From assembly GCA_965213535.1 (NCBI GenBank), contig OZ243888.1, forward strand, positions 1,105,876 to 1,169,875: a stretch of DNA of 64,000 nt, in the 5' to 3' direction. The notes beneath the pieces were generated by a model. The model did not search any database. It saw nothing but the letters and a program-made list of their open reading frames with translations, and was not told the DNA's origin. Both the position numbers and the translations under genes were made by a program. The DNA comes from Caldilineaceae bacterium (GTDB taxonomy: Bacteria > Chloroflexota > Anaerolineae > Caldilineales > Caldilineaceae). Below, one piece after another: positions 1 through 8,889 of the stretch. Position 1 is the first letter of the stretch; every line of letters starts with the position of its first letter.

Positions 1-1
1 G

Positions 2-79
2 GGTGCGAAGACGACCGTGATGTATATCCACGTCATGAACAAAGGACCGCTTGGCATGCGAAGTCTGCTGGATCAGTAG
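2..79 (+). CDS. C-terminal end of a tyrosine recombinase (integron-integrase/XerC-like); 5' part lies outside the window
   Basis: Frame from nt 2 reads GAKTTVMYIHVMNKGPLGMRSLLDQ-stop. This resembles the box II end of tyrosine recombinases (TTMIYTHV..G..GVRSPLD, with the catalytic Tyr). Confidence 0.5.
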   Translation, partial: GAKTTVMYIHVMNKGPLGMRSLLDQ

Positions 80-172
80 CGGGTCAGCAGCCAATACTTG
101 CACTTGTGGCTTGTCATCTCCGGCCTGGCCCGTTGCTCGCAACTCTATTTGCCACATGTGAAACGATCCAAA

Positions 173-292
173 TCACTGCCCACTCACCTCGTTGATCAGC
201 GCCTTGGCCTCGCGCACGGCGACCTCCGCCGTGGCGTCGTCGTTGAGCACGCGCAGGATCACGTCGCTGACGTAGCTCCTGAAGTTGGCGTT
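173..292 (-). pseudogene. Remnant 3' end of a sugar-binding SBP gene (copy of the end of 1865-3190)
   Basis: Encodes ..[31 protein letters not shown]-stop. 184-292 aligns gap-free with 1876-1984 (95 of 109 identical, hand count). No SBP body lies upstream. Confidence 0.65.
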
Positions 293-342
293 ATTTTCGG
301 TTGCTGGCAATTTTGCTGGTTTTTGCTGCCGAGATAGGTAGG

Positions 343-1809
343 TCAATTGGGTGTTGTATATCTCTCGCACAAGGCGGCGCATACGGGCTGTTCTATGGGT
401 AGATTGGCAGCGAGCTGCCCCATCAACCCAGCCCCAAATGGTTCACAACTGCGTGCGGGCAATCGCTGCACGGATTCGCCCTGCTTGTTATTTTTGGCAA
501 TACTGCACAGACAGCCGTCGATGCTTAGGTGATTAACGAGCCCATCCCAGCAGAGCCACGCAGAGTTGGCCGCGGTTTGAGCGTCAACAAGGCCTAGTTC
601 ACGGAATTCCATCAGCGCCGTGGCAATACCGGCGGAGCCCGATGTATCGGGTGGCAGCGCTGGCTGATCAAAGAAATTCGGCCACAACCCGTGATCACCC
701 TGGTGCTTTATTACCCAAGCCGCCCGCTCACGCACGTGCTTGAGGAAATCAGGTGTGAAGTGATCAAGACCCGCCAGCCGGATACACTTCGAAATGCCGA
801 GAAGATACCACGCGATGCCGCGTGCCCAATTCGGGTAGCTGAGTTTCCCCTGCCGATTGCGCAGGTATATTGTTCCGTCTTTGAACAGCTTTTCATGGCG
901 GTCGTAGAGGATATTTGTCGCCCCGGCAAGCAGCGCTTCGTCCTCGCGGAGCACGGCGATTTGCGCTAGTGGATAGGCAGCGGTGTAGCAACCTTCACAA
1001 GAGAAATTGTCGTCCCGTACAGCTGTCAAAAATTGAAGAGCCATGTCCACAGAGGGGTGGCTTGAGTCTCGCCTTGCGATGGAGGCAAAGGGTAGCCCCG
1101 CTTCGATGGTGGAAAGGGTATCGACTAATACCTGGCCACGGGGGCCTTGAAAGCGCAGGTGCGTGTCGTCCAAAAATCGTCCCAGCCATTGTTCACGCGC
1201 ATTTGTCCAACGGCTGTTGACATCCCTTTGCGCCAGGGCATCAAATGCTTCCAAAACGCAGCCGCCCATCCAGCCAAATTGAGCCATGCTGCCGTGTTCG
1301 AGCCGTTGAAAAAAGCGGGTCAATCGATTCGCGTCGGCCATCTCCGGCCACAGAGATGGATACGCATCGGCTAACTCCTCGCGGTCTGCCAGAACCCAGA
1401 GTGGTTGATTGCCATCTAGCTGCTTAACGGAAACGCTGCTAATGCCAGCCGGAATTGGAACATGAAAACGCTGCGCATGGCTGGCGAAACCGTAGTCCAG
1501 TTCATGCCGCCAACCAGATTCGCTCGTCAGCAAGAGGCTACCCGCGTCCCGCTTATCAAAAGCCGACGCAAGCACTACCGTTCCTGTAACATCCAGCGCG
1601 TCAAACTGGAATATGGTTCCACTGATGAGCGGTACGCTGCAAAGGCCAGCAAGTGATTCCTGATCTGGCGGAGTAGACGGGGTGGCGTCGGGCGTCGTGA
1701 TTTGAACGAGGTTCTGCATATTCTCCAACTTCGGCCCCCACAAAATATCGTCCGGATAGGATACCGCATCTGCCTCTTGGCGGACCCTTTGTGTCGCTAC
1801 ACGCTCCAC
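343..1809 (-). CDS. Glycoside hydrolase, GH88/GH105-like (unsaturated glucuronyl/rhamnogalacturonyl hydrolase family)
   Basis: 488-aa ORF. The C-terminal half carries (alpha/alpha)6-type motifs NWARGIAWYLLG and PDTSGSAGIATAL. Visibly AT-richer than its neighbours. Confidence 0.5.
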   Translation of the reverse strand: MERVATQRVRQEADAVSYPDDILWGPKLENMQNLVQITTPDATPSTPPDQESLAGLCSVPLISGTIFQFDALDVTGTVVLASAFDKRDAGSLLLTSESGWRHELDYGFASHAQRFHVPIPAGISSVSVKQLDGNQPLWVLADREELADAYPSLWPEMADANRLTRFFQRLEHGSMAQFGWMGGCVLEAFDALAQRDVNSRWTNAREQWLGRFLDDTHLRFQGPRGQVLVDTLSTIEAGLPFASIARRDSSHPSVDMALQFLTAVRDDNFSCEGCYTAAYPLAQIAVLREDEALLAGATNILYDRHEKLFKDGTIYLRNRQGKLSYPNWARGIAWYLLGISKCIRLAGLDHFTPDFLKHVRERAAWVIKHQGDHGLWPNFFDQPALPPDTSGSAGIATALMEFRELGLVDAQTAANSAWLCWDGLVNHLSIDGCLCSIAKNNKQGESVQRLPARSCEPFGAGLMGQLAANLPIEQPVCAALCERYTTPN

Positions 1810-1864
1810 CGTTGTTCCCCACGCCTTGGTCGATCAACCTGTTTTATACCCAAGATAAATTGAG

Positions 1865-3190
1865 CTATCGACTGTTCACCTCGTTGATCAGCGCCTCGGC
1901 CTCGCGCACGGCGACTTCGGGCGTGGCGTCGTCGTTGAGCACGCGCAGCAGCATGTCGCCGGCGTAGGCCCAGAAGTCGGCGTCGGCTTCGAGGGCGGGC
2001 GGCATGGCTTGGGCGTTGGCGCTCTGCTGAAGGAAGCCGTTGAGAATGGCGTCGCCGCTGACTTCGGCCCGTTGGTGGGCGGGCAGCCGATTGGCGACCT
2101 CGGCAAGGAGCGCGCCCGCTTCCGCGCCCGTGGCAAATTGGGCAAAGCGCAGGGCCCGCGCCTGCTGATCGGGCGACGCGACGGCGCTGATAAAGAGGCC
2201 GTCGGCGCTGAGCCAGGGCTGGGCGGGGCCCGCCGGGCCAGCGGGCAGCGGGGCGACGGCGAGATCATCGCCCAGTGCGTCGCGCAGTTCCGCCGTGGCC
2301 CAGGGGCCGTCGACGAAGAAGGCGAACTCGCCCTTCTTGAAGCGATCCTTGAGCATCCCGTAGTCGATGTCGACGTAGCTGCCCTCGGTTTCGTTCAGCG
2401 CAGCCAGCCACGCCAGGAACTCCGCCGTTCCACCGTTCCCCGTCATCACCACTGCGCCGCCGGTGTCTATGAGCGTGCCGCCGTAAGCCGGAACCCCCCA
2501 GTAAACGTGGTAGAGACTGGCGTAGAGGCCCGTGCCCTGCTCGGCCGCTGTGCGCGCCTGAACCAGCCATTCGTCCATGGTCGACGGCGGCTCGACGTCC
2601 CCCAGCAGCGACTGATTGTAGAAGAGCGCCACGGTCTCCACGCTGAGCGGCAGGCCGTAGAGCGTGCCGCCCGCACTTAGATTATCGAGCGCGGCGGGGG
2701 CGTAATCGGCTAGCGCTTCTGCATCGACAAGCTCGCCGAGCGGCAGGAAGACATCAAGCGCGGCCAGGTCGTCGACCCACCAGTTGGGCGCGAGCAGCAG
2801 ATCGGGGCCACCACCCGCGGCCACGGCGTCGGCATAGGCCTGGGGCAAATCGTCGGGGGCGACGAAGAGCGTCTCGACCGTGAGATTGGGGTATTCGCGC
2901 CGGGCCGCGTCGAGGATGGCGGCGAGGGCGTCGCCGTCGGCCTGTGCCCAGGCGTGCCAGAGCACAAGCTCCCCGCTGGTGGCGTCGGCGGTGGGCGTGG
3001 GCGCAGCGGTGGGCAGCACGGGGTCGCGCACGGGGTCGCGGGCGACAGGCGTGCCGTCGGGCGCTGCGCTGGCCTCTGCGCTGGCCTCTGCCACGGGCGT
3101 TGGCGTCGGCTGGTTGCGACAGGCGACCAGCATTAGCCCGACAGCCAAAGCGAGTAGAACCGTTAAAGTCAACGAAACATTACGCATCAC
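1865..3190 (-). CDS. ABC transporter substrate-binding lipoprotein (family 1, sugar type)
   Basis: 441-aa ORF. Lipoprotein-like signal [12 protein letters not shown], Ala/Pro-rich linker, and an extracellular solute-binding family 1 pattern. Confidence 0.85.
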   Translation of the reverse strand: MMRNVSLTLTVLLALAVGLMLVACRNQPTPTPVAEASAEASAAPDGTPVARDPVRDPVLPTAAPTPTADATSGELVLWHAWAQADGDALAAILDAARREYPNLTVETLFVAPDDLPQAYADAVAAGGGPDLLLAPNWWVDDLAALDVFLPLGELVDAEALADYAPAALDNLSAGGTLYGLPLSVETVALFYNQSLLGDVEPPSTMDEWLVQARTAAEQGTGLYASLYHVYWGVPAYGGTLIDTGGAVVMTGNGGTAEFLAWLAALNETEGSYVDIDYGMLKDRFKKGEFAFFVDGPWATAELRDALGDDLAVAPLPAGPAGPAQPWLSADGLFISAVASPDQQARALRFAQFATGAEAGALLAEVANRLPAHQRAEVSGDAILNGFLQQSANAQAMPPALEADADFWAYAGDMLLRVLNDDATPEVAVREAEALINEVNSR

Positions 3191-3227
3191 GTTTTATCTA
3201 TCACTTTCCAATTTTCAGTACGCGCCT

Positions 3228-3677
3228 TCACACATTATCTTCCAAACAACCCAGCAGCGCCCGCAATCCCAACTCGTAGCTCCGCCAGCCAAAGCCCGCA
3301 ATCTGCCCCACGCAGACCGGCGCGATCACCGATGTGTGGCGAAAAGCTTCGCGCTGGTGAATGTTGCTCAGGTGGACTTCGATCGTTGGCAGCGCGACGC
3401 CTGCAATCGCATCGCGCAGGGCGTAGGAGTAGTGGGTAAAGGCACCGGGGTTGATCACGATGCCGTCCGCCCAGTGGCGTGCCTCGTGGATGTGGTCGAG
3501 CAGCGCGCCTTCGTGGTTGCTCTGGAAGGGGTGCAGCGCGTGTTCGCCCGGCTGCTCGTCGAGCCACTTGATGAGCCGCTCGTTGACATCATCGAGCGTG
3601 AGCGCGCCGTAAACGTCCGGCTCGCGCGTGCCGAGCAGGTTGAGGTTGGGGCCGTGAATCAGGGCGATAGTGGACAC
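3228..3677 (-). CDS. aroQ: Type II 3-dehydroquinate dehydratase
   Basis: 149 aa. [22 protein letters not shown]-terminus and HLSNIHQRE motif, both typical of AroQ. Confidence 0.95.
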   Translation of the reverse strand: MSTIALIHGPNLNLLGTREPDVYGALTLDDVNERLIKWLDEQPGEHALHPFQSNHEGALLDHIHEARHWADGIVINPGAFTHYSYALRDAIAGVALPTIEVHLSNIHQREAFRHTSVIAPVCVGQIAGFGWRSYELGLRALLGCLEDNV

Positions 3678-3698
3678 AGGTTGAAAAGTGAATAGTGG

Positions 3699-4280
3699 TT
3701 AGCGGTTGAAGTCAATGCGGGCGTAGATTTCGGCGAGCGGGAGGTCGCAGTCGAGGCTGTCGATGTGCGCGGTGGCGTCGGGGCCACGATGGGATTTGAG
3801 CAGCCAAACGTTGTCGCCTTCGCGGGCGTAATGCTCAATGCGCGCTTCGTCTTGCGAGACGATGAGATAGTCGGTAAGAGACTCAATGTCGCGGTAGAGA
3901 TCGAGCTTGGGGCCGCGATCGTAGTCGCTGGTGGAGGGCGAGAGAATTTCGACGAGCAGCGTTGGGTTGAGCAGCGTGTCGAATTGGTCGTCGAGAAATT
4001 TCGCCTCATCTCCCACAATCACGATATCGGGATAAACACACGCTTTCCCATTCTGAATCCATATGCGCATCTGACTGACCAGCACATCGTAATCCGGCAG
4101 TTGTCTACCGAACAATACGATGAGTTCGGTAGTAATCAAATTGTGGTACAAGCTCGATGGCGGCGCTTCACGCGCTTCTCCGCCAATGTACTCGCTCTTG
4201 CGTTCCTGCGCCCGTTCGGGGTCGCGCTCCCACGCCAGATATTCTTCGGGCGTCATGCGGAGTTCAAGGACGGTCGCCAT
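3699..4280 (-). CDS. Uma2 (DUF820) restriction-endonuclease-like protein
   Basis: 193 aa. EYLAWE..KSEYIGGE, PDIVIV and EILSPS motifs characteristic of the Uma2 family. Confidence 0.75.
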   Translation of the reverse strand: MATVLELRMTPEEYLAWERDPERAQERKSEYIGGEAREAPPSSLYHNLITTELIVLFGRQLPDYDVLVSQMRIWIQNGKACVYPDIVIVGDEAKFLDDQFDTLLNPTLLVEILSPSTSDYDRGPKLDLYRDIESLTDYLIVSQDEARIEHYAREGDNVWLLKSHRGPDATAHIDSLDCDLPLAEIYARIDFNR

Positions 4281-4289
4281 AATCTTTCT

Positions 4290-5945
4290 CTACTCCAACA
4301 CCTGCGACAGCGCGTCGCGCACAAAACTTTCGCCCGGATTGTCAATCACCACCACGTCGCCCACATCTTGCGCGATGAGGAAGCGCAGGGTTTTGCCCCG
4401 GCGCTTTTTGTCGTGCCACATGGCCTGCATCACCTCATCAATATTTAGGTCGAGGTCGTAGCCGCCCACGCAGGTCGGCAGGCCCATTCGGTCGACCACG
4501 TTGCGCGTGCGCTCGACGAGCGACGCGTCGCAGCGGCCAATTGCGTGGGCCATGTGCGCGGCAGCGACCAGCCCCAGCGCGACGCCCTCGCCGTGGCGTA
4601 CTCGGTAGCCGCTGACGTGCTCGATGGCATGGCCAAAGGTGTGGCCGAGATTGAGCGTGGCGCGCCGCCCCTGCTCAAACGGGTCTTCTTCGACCACCTC
4701 GACCTTGACGCGCACGGCGTCGGCGACGAGGTGGGCCATGCAAGTGGGGCCGTACTCTTCGAGCTGGGCAAACAAATCGGGCGCGCCGATCAGCCCGTGC
4801 TTGATGATTTCGGCCAGCCCGGCGCGAAATTCAGCGCTCGGCAAGGTCGATAGCGTGGCCGTGTCGATGATAACGACTTCGGGCTGCTTAAAGGCGCCGA
4901 CGAGATTCTTGCCCTGCGGCAGGTCGACGCCCGTTTTGCCGCCCACCGAGGCGTCGACCATCGAGAGCAGCGAGGTCGGCATCTGTACGTAGGGCACGCC
5001 GCGCAGAAAGCTGGCCGCGGCAAAGCCCGCCATGTCGCCGACGACGCCGCCGCCCAGCGAGAGGACGGCGCTGCTCCGATCCAATCCCGCGTCTAGAAAT
5101 TGGTCGTAGAGCGAGGCGACGGTCGCCAGCGTTTTGTGCTGCTCGCCCTCGGGCACGAGGCAGAGCGTGGGCTCATAGCCCGCGCTGCGCAGCGAGTCGA
5201 GCAGAATTTCGCCGTGGTGCGCGGCGACCTCTTGGTTGCTGACAACGGCCACCGTGCCCGGCCGCAAATCACGCGCGCGCAGCAGGTCGCCCGCGTGGGC
5301 CAGCAGCCCCTCGCCCAGGCAGATGTCGTAGGAGCCCGCTGGGTGCTGGACGGGAATGCGCGTCATGCCGCGGACTTCCGCATCGCCAGCGACCACGTCT
5401 AGAATTCGCTCGACGATCTGCTCCGGCGTGCGGCCCGTGGTGTCGACCTGGTGCGGGATGGCGGCGTAGGCCTGGCGGCGCTCGTGGAGCAGGTCGCGCA
5501 CGCGCTGCTGGCGCTCGGCCAGCGTACCGTCCAGCAGCGGGCGATCGGCAAATTGTTCGAGCCGGCGCAGAATTTCGTCGATGCTGGCGGTGAGGCAGAT
5601 CAGCACGCCGGACTGCGCCAGCTCGTGGCGGCTGCTCGGGTTCACCAGCGCGCCGCCGCCGGTGGCGATCACGAGCGACTGCTGCTGAGCCAGCTGCTGG
5701 CAGAGGCGAATTTCGGCCAGCCGAAAGGCCGGCTCGCCCTCCTCGGCAAAGACAGCGGCGATGGGTTTGCCAAAGTGCGCTTCGAGCTGCGCGTCCATGT
5801 CGACAAAATCACGCCCTAGCCGCTGGGCGAGCCGCTGGCCAATGGTGCTCTTGCCCGTGCCCATAAAGCCGGTGAGGACGATGTTTTGGGTAGAGAAATT
5901 AGGTTTTAATAAATTAGAAACTGAGTGGTTCTTGTGCATCGTCAT
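4290..5945 (-). CDS. aroK-aroB: Bifunctional shikimate kinase / 3-dehydroquinate synthase
   Basis: 551 aa. N-terminal Walker A GFMGTGKSTIG (AroK) is fused to the AroB core GGGVVGDMAGFAAASFLRGVPYVQMPTSLLSMVDASVGGKTG. Confidence 0.92.
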   Translation of the reverse strand: MTMHKNHSVSNLLKPNFSTQNIVLTGFMGTGKSTIGQRLAQRLGRDFVDMDAQLEAHFGKPIAAVFAEEGEPAFRLAEIRLCQQLAQQQSLVIATGGGALVNPSSRHELAQSGVLICLTASIDEILRRLEQFADRPLLDGTLAERQQRVRDLLHERRQAYAAIPHQVDTTGRTPEQIVERILDVVAGDAEVRGMTRIPVQHPAGSYDICLGEGLLAHAGDLLRARDLRPGTVAVVSNQEVAAHHGEILLDSLRSAGYEPTLCLVPEGEQHKTLATVASLYDQFLDAGLDRSSAVLSLGGGVVGDMAGFAAASFLRGVPYVQMPTSLLSMVDASVGGKTGVDLPQGKNLVGAFKQPEVVIIDTATLSTLPSAEFRAGLAEIIKHGLIGAPDLFAQLEEYGPTCMAHLVADAVRVKVEVVEEDPFEQGRRATLNLGHTFGHAIEHVSGYRVRHGEGVALGLVAAAHMAHAIGRCDASLVERTRNVVDRMGLPTCVGGYDLDLNIDEVMQAMWHDKKRRGKTLRFLIAQDVGDVVVIDNPGESFVRDALSQVLE

Positions 5946-6345
5946 CTGCGTTTTGGGCTGTGTTCAAATGTCGCTGAACTTCTTGAAACGTTTCGCGCGC
6001 CATCGATAAGGCTTTTTCCGCCTCTGCTTTGCTGGGTAGACCTTCGGGTAGTGAACCGGGCAGCGCATCGGGGTAACGAGTCGGAATGTAGAAGTCATCA
6101 AACAGAGGCAGGTCGTCGTTGAATCTGTCTGCCCACTCTGGAGGTAGCAGCGTTAGCAGTTTATTGATGGAGTGAATTTTTGGTGGCGTAACCCCATTCA
6201 AGACCAAAATTGCTTTGAGCGTTTTTTCTGTACACTGCTGACCATGAAAGCAGACCAGATAGTAAATCTCATCCTCCAGCAGAAGCTCGGCGGCACGCAA
6301 GTCGTTTCGGGCAAATTCAAGCCATTGCTCAACTGTGCCGCTCAT
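5914..6345 (-). CDS. HEPN domain protein (toxin partner of the MNT)
   Basis: From the internal Met: MSGTVEQWLEFARNDLRAAELLL..QQCTEKTLKAIL, a HEPN-like helical pattern. Overlaps the upstream MNT gene by 17 nt. Confidence 0.7.
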   Translation of the reverse strand: MSGTVEQWLEFARNDLRAAELLLEDEIYYLVCFHGQQCTEKTLKAILVLNGVTPPKIHSINKLLTLLPPEWADRFNDDLPLFDDFYIPTRYPDALPGSLPEGLPSKAEAEKALSMARETFQEVQRHLNTAQNADDDAQEPLSF

Positions 6346-6676
6346 AAAGCGTTCTTCCTTTCTGGATGATTTCGTCCTGAACAAACAGGCGTTCTTTAGA
6401 CAGCGTCGCAAATTCTTCGGGTGTGTAGTACAAAATGTCGACCGCCTCGCGCGGCTGAATCAAGCGCCGTGCTTTGTGCAGCCGCTTCATAAAGGGCAGC
6501 TTCGTCTCATTGACGATCACCAAATCGATATCCGACCATTCGTGGACGTCACCCGTTGCCAGCGAGCCGAAGACGATGATCTGCTGTGGATTCTCGTGCT
6601 CGACGAGCGCATCGACGTAGCGGGCCAGCTCGCGCTCCAGCTCGGCACGGCGGGCGTCGACTTTGTTTTCGGCCAT
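6329..6676 (-). CDS. Minimal nucleotidyltransferase (MNT) antitoxin-type protein
   Basis: 115 aa. Carries the GSLATGDVHEWSDIDLVIV polymerase-beta nucleotidyltransferase motif. Confidence 0.8.
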   Translation of the reverse strand: MAENKVDARRAELERELARYVDALVEHENPQQIIVFGSLATGDVHEWSDIDLVIVNETKLPFMKRLHKARRLIQPREAVDILYYTPEEFATLSKERLFVQDEIIQKGRTLYERHS

Positions 6677-6808
6677 AATTAAACCCCCTTAGCGAGCGTT
6701 AGCATAACTGACTCAGGATTTTGACCCGCAGATAAACGCGGATGAATGCAGATAAAAAACCGTCTCTTCATCTGCGTGTCTCTGCGTCCATCTGCAGTTC
6801 ACCTTCTG

Positions 6809-7321
6809 CTAAAAATTTCCAGCCAAGCGCGCCACCACCTGCGCTACGCAATCATCCAGCGGCTGTGCCGTATCGACCACAATGTGGTGGGCCGGATCGA
6901 TGGGGTATTGCCAACTGCCATTATAGCGCACAAGCTGCGCCTGCATCTCATCCCAGCTGTTGGGCGTGTGCGGGCGCGAGCGGGTGGGCGAGCGGGCGTC
7001 GAGCCGCTGCCGCCACGTGGCCTCATCCAGTCACGTTTCGACGATGAAAAGCCGTCTGTCGTAGCGCTTTGCCAGTGACTGCCCTAATTCGTATAGCCAC
7101 AGGTGGGCCAGCGGTGATTCCACAATCACGTCCAGGCCTATTTGGAGCTGCGTCTCGACCACCTGCCAGAGGATGTCGTAGGCTAACTGATTGTCGCCCG
7201 GCAGGCCGTCGGTGTGATCCTTGGCGTCGTCCTTGTCGATCACGGGCCAGCGCAGACGGCGACCGAGCGCCCGCGCGAGCGTCGACTTGCCGGTGGCGGG
7301 GTGGCCTTTCATGAGAATCAT
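6809..7321 (-). pseudogene. P-loop kinase (AAA_33-like) interrupted by one in-frame TGA
   Basis: N-terminal part is MILMKGHPATGKSTLA..LFIVET, then TGA at 7031-7033. The same frame continues LDEATWRQRLDARS..AQVVARLAGNF-stop at 6809. Total is 171 codons. Confidence 0.6.
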
Positions 7322-7349
7322 AAATGGGGATTCTTTGTATGCTCCCAGA

Positions 7350-7449
7350 ATTGCTAGCGGATTGAGCGGATCATGCGGATAACAGCGGATTTTCTGATCC
7401 GTCTTCGTCCGCCGGGGACCCTCTGGGTGCCGCCTAATCCGCTAGCAAT
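7350..7449. repeat. Imperfect 100-bp palindrome (GCGGAT/ATCCGC family)
   Basis: Arms ATTGCTAGCGGATTGAGCGG (7350-7369) and CCGCCTAATCCGCTAGCAAT (7430-7449). The aroC stop codon lies inside the right arm. Confidence 0.6.
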
Positions 7450-8705
7450 TCTTTTCCAAACAGCTCAAAATTCGCCCGCTCGACACGCCTTGCCTGCGCC
7501 ATCAGCACCCCGTTCAGCAGCTCAATCGCCAGCCGCGATTCAAGCGTGACGCCTGCCCGCACGCCGACGCAGGGGTCGTGGCGACCCTTATCGAGCTGGA
7601 AATCGATCTCCGCGAAATCCTTCTGGATCGACTGCTGCGCCTTGTTGATCGTCGACGTGGGCTTGAAGCTGACTCTCGCCACCAGCGGCATCCCGGTGGT
7701 GATGCCGCCGAGCAGCCCGCCGTGATGATTGGAGGTGTAGCGCTGCGAGCGAGCCGGGTCGTTGTTCTCGCTGCCCCGCCGCGCCACGACGGCCGTGCCC
7801 GCGCCAATTTCCACGGCCTCCGCCGCGTGTAGCCCGCCGAGCGCGCCCATCAGCCGCAGCTTGAGCGAGTGGTAGAGCGGCTCGCCCACCAGCGCCGGCA
7901 CGTTGACCGCGACGACCTCCACCGCCGCGCCAATCGAATCGCCATCGATGCGCGTCTGCTTGATCAGCTCGGCGGCGTCGCGCGCAAAGTCGGCGTCCAG
8001 CGTGTGGATTTCCGCGTCGAGCAGCGCCTGCTCAACCTTCGTAATTTTGTCGGCATCGACGCGCGTGCTGTCCGCGCTCGCGACAAGGTCATTAAAATGT
8101 TGGGCCAGCGAGCGCGACGTTTGCAGCGGCCCAACCTGGCTGATCGACGACAGAATCACCGTGCCAAACTTCTCGCGCAGAAAAATTCGCGCAATCGAGC
8201 CCCCAACTACGTCCGAGACGGTGGAGCGGTAGCTGGAGCGCCCGCCGCCGCGCGGGTCGACAAAGCCCTGGGACTGGTGATGCTTGACCAGGTCCGTGTG
8301 GCCGGGGCGGACGGCGCCCGTCGGCCCCGTGAACTGCGCGTAGTGGGCCGACTTTTTCGCCGCCGAGAGCACGAGCGCCGCAATTGGCTCGCCCGTGGTA
8401 AAGCCGCACTCGTAGGCCGCTGTCGCCGTTTCCGCACCCTCGACTGTCGCCACAAGTGACGGCCCGGCGGTCAGCGCCTCGTGGTCGTCCTGGTAGACGC
8501 CGGAGAGCAGCAGGACCTTGTCCTGCTCGTTGCGCGGCGTGCCGTGCTTATTGCCGCCGGGTCGCCGCCTGTCCAGAAAGTGCTGAATGTCCGCCCGGTT
8601 GAGCCATAGCCCTGGCGGGCAGCCAAAGACGATGGTCGTGATGCCGGGGCCGTGCGATTCACCCGCGCCGGCAATGGCAAAGAGGGGGCCGCTTAGGAGT
8701 TCCAT
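7434..8705 (-). CDS. aroC: Chorismate synthase
   Basis: 423 aa. AGESHGPGITTIVFGCPPGL N-terminus and RHDPCVGVRA motif. Confidence 0.93.
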   Translation of the reverse strand: MELLSGPLFAIAGAGESHGPGITTIVFGCPPGLWLNRADIQHFLDRRRPGGNKHGTPRNEQDKVLLLSGVYQDDHEALTAGPSLVATVEGAETATAAYECGFTTGEPIAALVLSAAKKSAHYAQFTGPTGAVRPGHTDLVKHHQSQGFVDPRGGGRSSYRSTVSDVVGGSIARIFLREKFGTVILSSISQVGPLQTSRSLAQHFNDLVASADSTRVDADKITKVEQALLDAEIHTLDADFARDAAELIKQTRIDGDSIGAAVEVVAVNVPALVGEPLYHSLKLRLMGALGGLHAAEAVEIGAGTAVVARRGSENNDPARSQRYTSNHHGGLLGGITTGMPLVARVSFKPTSTINKAQQSIQKDFAEIDFQLDKGRHDPCVGVRAGVTLESRLAIELLNGVLMAQARRVERANFELFGKELLAD

Positions 8706-8797
8706 GGTTGATGTTTGTTTGAACGAGTTGATTTGTGTTCAGTATAGCGCAAAGCCAGGCAGAAACGAAGTGGCGTTTCCAGGTAAAAATTGGGGGA

Positions 8798-8826
8798 TTG
8801 ACAACCGCTCATTTTAGGCGTATCAT
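8798..8826 (+). promoter_or_regulatory. Sigma-70-like promoter upstream of the rhs gene
   Basis: TTGACA (8798-8803), 17-nt spacer, TATCAT (8821-8826). An AAGGA RBS lies about 10 nt before the ATG at 8890. Confidence 0.4.
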
Positions 8827-8889
8827 CCGCACATTACTCCCCTACACCGACGCAATTCCATCAACTCCGCCTCCTCAAGGAATTGTAAA

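Noticed and set aside
7031-7033. Whether the in-frame TGA in the P-loop kinase encodes selenocysteine.
   Set aside because: I noticed no obvious stem-loop directly downstream, and the window has no selenoprotein machinery. A nonsense mutation or sequencing error is the simpler reading. It is kept as a low-priority check in the findings.
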